Shown piece after piece: positions 14,660 through 17,697 of a DNA stretch of 17,697 nt (positions are counted from its first letter, which is position 1; each line of letters opens with the position of its first letter). Both the position numbers and the translations under genes were made by a program. The stretch spans positions 1 to 17,697 of the forward strand of contig JAZDIV010000129.1 in NCBI GenBank assembly GCA_043804695.1, in the 5' to 3' direction. The notes under the pieces are model-generated. The model worked only from the letters and a program-made list of their open reading frames with translations, was not told the origin of the DNA and searched no databases. Source of the stretch: PVC group bacterium. Lineage in GTDB: Bacteria; Auribacterota; Erginobacteria; Erginobacterales; Erginobacteraceae.

Positions 14660-16144
14660 TTAACCGGAGCCGAGAACAACATTGATGTAACTTTTCCCTT
14701 CCACCAGAGCATCCCGGGCTGGTTCAAGGAACACGCTCGAGGGTCCGGGGAGCAAAAGCAACCCGCCGAGCAGGCAAAAAACAGCCAGGATAATCATTGA
14801 GAGCCGCATGGCGAGGGGGACCTCTTTAACCAGCTCCCATTCTTTGCGCAGGGCGCCGAAAAAAGTATATCTCTGCAGTTTAAGATAGTAAGCAAGCGTA
14901 ATCACGCTGACCAGAACGGCTATCAGGGCATACACGAAATGGCCGGCCTGCACCGCCGCGATGATGATAATCAGCTTGCTCCAGAACCCGTTGAAAGGCG
15001 GCACCCCGGCGATGGAGAGAGAACCGATCAAACTGGTATAACCGGTAACCGGCAGGCGCTGGTTCAACCCGCCCATCTTCTTCATATCCCTGGTCCCGAT
15101 GGAGTATTCCACCGCGCCGGCGTTCAGGAAGAGCAAAGACTTAAAGACCGCATGGTTAATGAGATGGAAAAGTCCGCCCAGGATCGCGAGGGGAGTACCC
15201 ACGCCGAAGGCAAAAACTATGTATCCCACCTGGCTGATGCTGGAATAGGCCAGCATTCGTTTAATATCAGACTGCCCGATAGCCAGCAGAGCGCCGGCAA
15301 TCATGGAAATAGTGCCCATGACCATGAGAACGTTGAGAACGGAGGGAGTGACCCCCAGCACGTTAAAGAGAATCCTGATCAGAGCGTAAACTCCCAGGAC
15401 TTTTATCAGCACCCCCGAAAGCATCGCCGAAATCGGAGCCGGGGCGGACGGATGGGCGTCGGGGAGCCAGGCATGAAAAGGGACTAAAGCCGCCTTCAGG
15501 CCGAAGCCCATGATGAACAAAACGCTGATAAAGTTGATGATCTTCGCCGGCTGTTTTTCCGACAGCGCCCGCGACATGTCGGCCATGTTCAGGGTCGAGG
15601 TGAATCCATAGAGAAGAGCGATACCCAACAGGATAAAAGCCGAGGCGAGTCCTCCCAGCACCATGTATTTAAAGGACGCTTCCAGCTCTTCTTGTTCGGT
15701 CCCGAAGGCGACGAGAGCGTAACTTGCGATCGCCGCGATCTCCAGGAAAACAAACAGGTTGAACATGTCGCCCGTAATTACCACCCCGTTCATCCCCCCC
15801 ACCATCAACAGGAACAACGTATAGAATTTCCATTTTTCGGTGTATCTTTCCATGTAACTTATGGAATAGATAACGGCCAGAAAGGCGATCAGATTCACGG
15901 TAAGAAGCATGAAAGAGGTCAAACCGTCCTCCACCAGGCAAATCCCGCGGGGAGGAGGCCATCCGCCGACATGATAGACGAGCACGCCGGAGGCGCGGAC
16001 CGCGCCGATGGAGAACAAAGTCAAAACGAGGACAGAAAAAGTGATCAGACTGGCCATCCAGTCTCCGAACCCCCTCAACCGCTTCCCCAGAAGGGAGATG
16101 AGGAAGGCGCCTCCTAAAGGTATGGCTACGAAGAGCGGTATCAT
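14660..16144 (-). CDS. mnhD: Mrp/Mnh antiporter subunit D (proton-conducting membrane subunit)
   Basis: GDMFNLFVFLEI, LKAALVPFHAWLPDAH, KRMLAYSSISQ, NHAVFKSLLFL and GVPPFNGFWSK. Confidence 0.95.
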   Translation of the reverse strand: MIPLFVAIPLGGAFLISLLGKRLRGFGDWMASLITFSVLVLTLFSIGAVRASGVLVYHVGGWPPPRGICLVEDGLTSFMLLTVNLIAFLAVIYSISYMERYTEKWKFYTLFLLMVGGMNGVVITGDMFNLFVFLEIAAIASYALVAFGTEQEELEASFKYMVLGGLASAFILLGIALLYGFTSTLNMADMSRALSEKQPAKIINFISVLFIMGFGLKAALVPFHAWLPDAHPSAPAPISAMLSGVLIKVLGVYALIRILFNVLGVTPSVLNVLMVMGTISMIAGALLAIGQSDIKRMLAYSSISQVGYIVFAFGVGTPLAILGGLFHLINHAVFKSLLFLNAGAVEYSIGTRDMKKMGGLNQRLPVTGYTSLIGSLSIAGVPPFNGFWSKLIIIIAAVQAGHFVYALIAVLVSVITLAYYLKLQRYTFFGALRKEWELVKEVPLAMRLSMIILAVFCLLGGLLLLPGPSSVFLEPARDALVEGKSYINVVLGSG

Positions 16145-16172
16145 ACTATTCGACTCAATTCAGCCTGTAAAT

Positions 16173-16250
16173 CATGCTGCATGATGCGAGATGCATGGTA
16201 CGCATTCGCATGGCCCTGCTCATCCTGTATCCCGCATCTTATATTTTATC
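16173..16250. repeat. Inverted heptamer-repeat element between mnhC and mnhD
   Basis: ATGCTGC ATGATGC GAGATGC ATGG ... CATCCTG TATCCCG CATCTTA TATTTTA. Confidence 0.7.
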
Positions 16251-16581
16251 CCCGCAACTTGCGGATCTTGGTAATGTCAAACGTGCCGTATTTTTCATAC
16301 AATCTGACCGCGATCGCAACCATCAGGGCGGTGGTCGCCAGGCCGATCACGATGGCGGTGAGGACCAGCGCCTGGGGTAACGGATCGACCATATCGGTGA
16401 TGACCTGATCGGGAGCGAGGATGGGGGCGCGGCCCTGATAACGGTAACCCAGGATGACAAACAACAGATTTAAGGCATACTCGATGATCCCGATCCCGAT
16501 AATGATCTTAATGAGATTCTTCTTCGCCAGAATACAGTAAATCCCGACGCAAAAAAGCAGGAACACCATCAGATAGACCAT
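16246..16581 (-). CDS. mnhC: Mrp/Mnh antiporter subunit C
   Basis: KKNLIKIIIG and VDPLPQALVLTAIVIG. Confidence 0.95.
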   Translation of the reverse strand: MVYLMVFLLFCVGIYCILAKKNLIKIIIGIGIIEYALNLLFVILGYRYQGRAPILAPDQVITDMVDPLPQALVLTAIVIGLATTALMVAIAVRLYEKYGTFDITKIRKLRG

Positions 16582-17039
16582 TATTTTTTCCCTCCCGAAT
16601 CCATCCGGAATAAAACCAAGACCGCGAAAACCGCGAATAAACCCGCGCCGACTTTTAAAGAGACGGCGATATTGGAAAGCGGGATGGTCCCGGCGCTGAA
16701 CAGATGGAAATGCTCTCCCTGGCCCAGAAAGTTAAGGAAAAAGCAGCCGCCGAGAAATCCCAGGAGGGCGATTGACAGAAACAGCATCGCCCCCAGACTC
16801 TCGAGGAAAGAGGATGCGGATTGACTCATCTTTTTCAAGGCATAGGACTTGCCGAACGCCAGCATCAGGTGGATGAATGAAAGGGCGATGATCACCCCGC
16901 CCGCAAAACCACCTCCCGGGCTGAGGTGACCGTGGAGAACGATGTAGATTCCAAAGAGCAGGATCAACCCCACCGTCAGGCGGGTGATCGTCTTGACGAT
17001 CAGGGTCATCCCCTCCCGGGTTTCTTCATTCTTCACCAT
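16581..17039 (-). CDS. mnhB: MnhB domain subunit (MbhF-like)
   Basis: LHGHLSPGGGFAGGV and SAGTIPL. Confidence 0.92.
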   Translation of the reverse strand: MVKNEETREGMTLIVKTITRLTVGLILLFGIYIVLHGHLSPGGGFAGGVIIALSFIHLMLAFGKSYALKKMSQSASSFLESLGAMLFLSIALLGFLGGCFFLNFLGQGEHFHLFSAGTIPLSNIAVSLKVGAGLFAVFAVLVLFRMDSGGKK

Positions 17040-17568
17040 TCTTCCCTCCCGCCTTCCTCCGCCCCACGCGTCTCATCACCGCCAGCGCCCCGATGACGGC
17101 AGTGAAGAGGACGGTGGCCTCGCCCAGAGTGTCATAGGCCCGAAAATCCAAGATAATGGACGTCACCAGGTTGGCCGCCCCCGTTTTATTGAGTCCCTCC
17201 CTTAAATAATAATCGGAAACCCTCATTTCCGGACGGCCGAAAGGAGAGAGATCTTTCACTATCAACCAGGCAAAGAACAAGAAGACGCCGCTAAAAATCA
17301 GGGCCACGACCGCACGGGCCCATTCCCTTTTCGCGCTCTTGGAATAAACGTCTCTTTTGATCGTCGCCCGGATCAAAATTATCAGACACAGAATTTCAAC
17401 CACCAGCTGGGTGATCGCCAGATCGGGAGCCTTCAAAAGCAGGAACGTGACCGACAACCCGAGGCCGACCGCTCCCACCGCCACTACCGAGGAAAGGAGG
17501 TCCTTCATCTCCACGGCGGCGATCGCCGCGATGATCATCAGGAGCAACAGGATATAGAGGCCGACCAT
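17026..17568 (-). CDS. MrpA C-terminal-type subunit (DUF4040 / MbhD+MbhE-like fusion)
   Basis: APDLAITQLVVE and NLVTSIILDFRAYDTLGEATVLF. Confidence 0.9.
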   Translation of the reverse strand: MVGLYILLLLMIIAAIAAVEMKDLLSSVVAVGAVGLGLSVTFLLLKAPDLAITQLVVEILCLIILIRATIKRDVYSKSAKREWARAVVALIFSGVFLFFAWLIVKDLSPFGRPEMRVSDYYLREGLNKTGAANLVTSIILDFRAYDTLGEATVLFTAVIGALAVMRRVGRRKAGGKNGEE

Positions 17569-17571
17569 TTT

Positions 17572-17697
17572 TTACCTCATCAAGATAATCAGAAAAACAA
17601 TTATCCCCAATAAACACCAGCTCAAATAGGCCGGGAGCACCCCGCTGTGAAGCGTTTTTAATCCGTCGCTGATCCAAAAAGTCAGCCTGCTCCCCAG
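17572..17697 (-). CDS. 3' end of an MrpA/NuoL-like membrane subunit (partial)
   Basis: Manual translation LGSRLTFWISDGLKTLHSGVLPAYLSWCLLGIIVFLIILMR-stop. The HSG...Y plus terminal TM helix is typical of NuoL/MrpA-like C-termini. Confidence 0.75.
   Translation of the reverse strand: MGSRLTFWISDGLKTLHSGVLPAYLSWCLLGIIVFLIILMR

Noticed and set aside
12629..17677. Plus-strand and alternate-frame ORFs across the mrp operon
   Set aside because: They overlap well-supported minus-strand genes and have no motifs.

Overview
GC-rich bacterial accessory region. The right third (11270-17697, minus strand) is the distal part of an Mrp-antiporter-linked, group 4 [NiFe]-hydrogenase-type (Mbh/Mbx-like) operon. 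It reads MrpA/NuoL-like 3' end, MrpB-type x2, C, D, E, F, G, then a 4Fe-4S subunit and a hydrogenase maturation protease, with a Phd-RelE toxin-antitoxin pair between the last two. The rest holds a REC-PAS histidine kinase and response regulator, a FitA-like/VapC toxin-antitoxin pair, a cupin, a SAM methyltransferase, a RibD-C protein, a DUF726-like alpha/beta hydrolase, a secreted ankyrin protein and several small proteins. Most intergenic gaps carry palindromic or periodic REP/MITE-like elements, some nested. Two structures stand out. (1) An array at 7684-7946 of ~45-bp units with a conserved linear motif and a fixed-geometry, sequence-covarying hairpin: three direct copies at exact 69-bp spacing, one inverted copy, and a partial copy at 6534 that brackets the ankyrin gene. 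(2) A promoter plus ribbon-helix-helix gene enclosed by 60-bp inverted repeats (144-585). All family calls come from motif recognition by eye; no database searches were run.
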